A stretch of DNA of 64,000 nucleotides from NCBI GenBank assembly GCA_040954595.2, contig CM082576.2:19081028-19145027 (forward strand). The letters run 5' to 3'. Of this stretch, positions 63,201 to 64,000 are shown piece by piece. Each line of letters opens with the position of its first letter. Within the stretch, counting starts at the first letter, position 1. The position numbers were made by a program, and so were the translations under genes. This DNA is from Balanoglossus misakiensis. Its lineage: Eukaryota > Animalia > Hemichordata. A model generated the notes under the pieces. It was not told the DNA's origin and searched no databases. It saw only the letters and a program-made list of their open reading frames with translations.

Positions 63201-64000
63201 CAAATTTTCGACTTTGCAAAATCTGAAAATTTCGTCGATTTTTGAGAAAAATCATGGGTGAAAATCATCAAAAAATGACAAATTTTCGACTTTGCAAAAT
63301 CTGAAAATTTCGTCGATTTTTGAAGAAAATCAAGGGTGAAAATCATCAAAAAATGACAAATTTTCGACTTTGCAAAATCTCAAAATTTCGTCGATTTTTG
63401 AAAAAAATAATGGGGAAAATGATCAAAAAATGACAAATTTTCGACTGCAAAATTTCAAAATTTCGTCAATTTTGAAAAAATCATGGGTGAAAATCATCAA
63501 AAAATGACAAATTTTCGACTGCAAAATCTCAAAATTTCGTCGATTTTTGAAAAAAATCATGGGGGAAAATGATCAAAAAATGACAAATTTTCGACTGCAA
63601 AATCTCAAAATTTCGTCAATTTTGAAAAAAATCATGGGTGAAAATCATGAAAAAATGACAATTTTTTTACTGCAAAATCTCAAAATTTCATCGATTTTTG
63701 AAAAAAATCATGGGTGAAAATCATCAAAAAATGACAAATTTTCGACTTTGCAAAATCTCAAAATTTCGTCGATTTTTTAAGAAAATCAAGGGTGAAAATC
63801 ATCAAAAAATGACAAATTTTCGACTTTGCAAAATCAAAAAATTTCGTCGATTTTTGAAGAAAATCATGGGTGAAAATCATCAAAAAATGACAAATTTTCG
63901 ACTGCAAAATCTCAAAATTTCGTCGATTTTTGAAAAAAAAACGGGTGAAAATCATCAAAAAATGACAAATTTTCGACTGCAAAAACTCAAAATTTCGTCA
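45205..64000 (+). repeat. >=18.8-kb 78-bp satellite array, forward, variant set C, with kb-scale higher-order repeats
   Basis: Variants TTTCGTCCAT, TTTTCCTCTTTG, CATAGGTTCG, GACACATTT and a 42-bp short monomer. Runs off the window end. Confidence 0.97.
47842..56582 (+). repeat. 4660-bp-period duplication within the satellite (47842-51922 matches 52502-56582)
   Basis: All ORF-track pairs are offset by exactly 4660 (47863/52523, 48470/53130, 49180/53840, 50777/55437, 51570/56230), and homopolymer lengths are conserved. Confidence 0.9.

Noticed and set aside
4025-63982. Numerous K/F-rich ORFs (MGENHQKMTNFRLCKISKFRRFLKKI repeats, up to 188 aa)
   Set aside because: These are translations of a 78-bp (26-codon) satellite, broken at random by homopolymer indels, and many use non-ATG starts. 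There is no evidence of coding.
3992-64000. CRISPR-like regular repeats
   Set aside because: The monomers are contiguous with no unique spacers, there are no cas genes, and the context is eukaryote-like.

Overview
Eukaryotic-looking, essentially non-coding window, probably from an invertebrate animal (inferred from repeat types). Bases 1-3990 are unique or old-repeat DNA with several small MITE-like hairpins. Bases ~3990-64000 are dominated by an AT-rich 78-bp satellite (consensus ATCATGGGTGAAAATCATCAAAAAATGACAAATTTTCGACTTTGCAAAATCTCAAAATTTCGTCGATTTTTGAAAAAA) with ~29-bp and ~42-bp deletion monomers. The satellite switches strand nine times and is interrupted by four near-identical, same-orientation ~2.7-2.85 kb cassettes (9634-12484, 15230-18045, 20533-23260, 29267-32119). 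Each cassette is a nested inverted repeat: arm A (carrying a double-hairpin insert), a 315-bp GC-rich spacer, a 348-bp TTAA-flanked Kolobok/T2-type MITE, then arm B. The arms end in TTAA|AGG-type termini on their inner sides. My best reading is a tandem array of non-autonomous, Kolobok-like foldback elements: TTAA-[long TIR]-[satellite reverse]-[strand switch]-[satellite forward]-[long TIR]-TTAA, measuring 4.9, 4.7, 8.1 and >32 kb. The last one's internal satellite appears to have expanded into a large array with kb-scale higher-order repeats. No protein-coding gene, transposase, RNA gene or CRISPR array can be supported, and the supplied ORFs are nearly all translations of the satellite. Identity figures are by-eye estimates.
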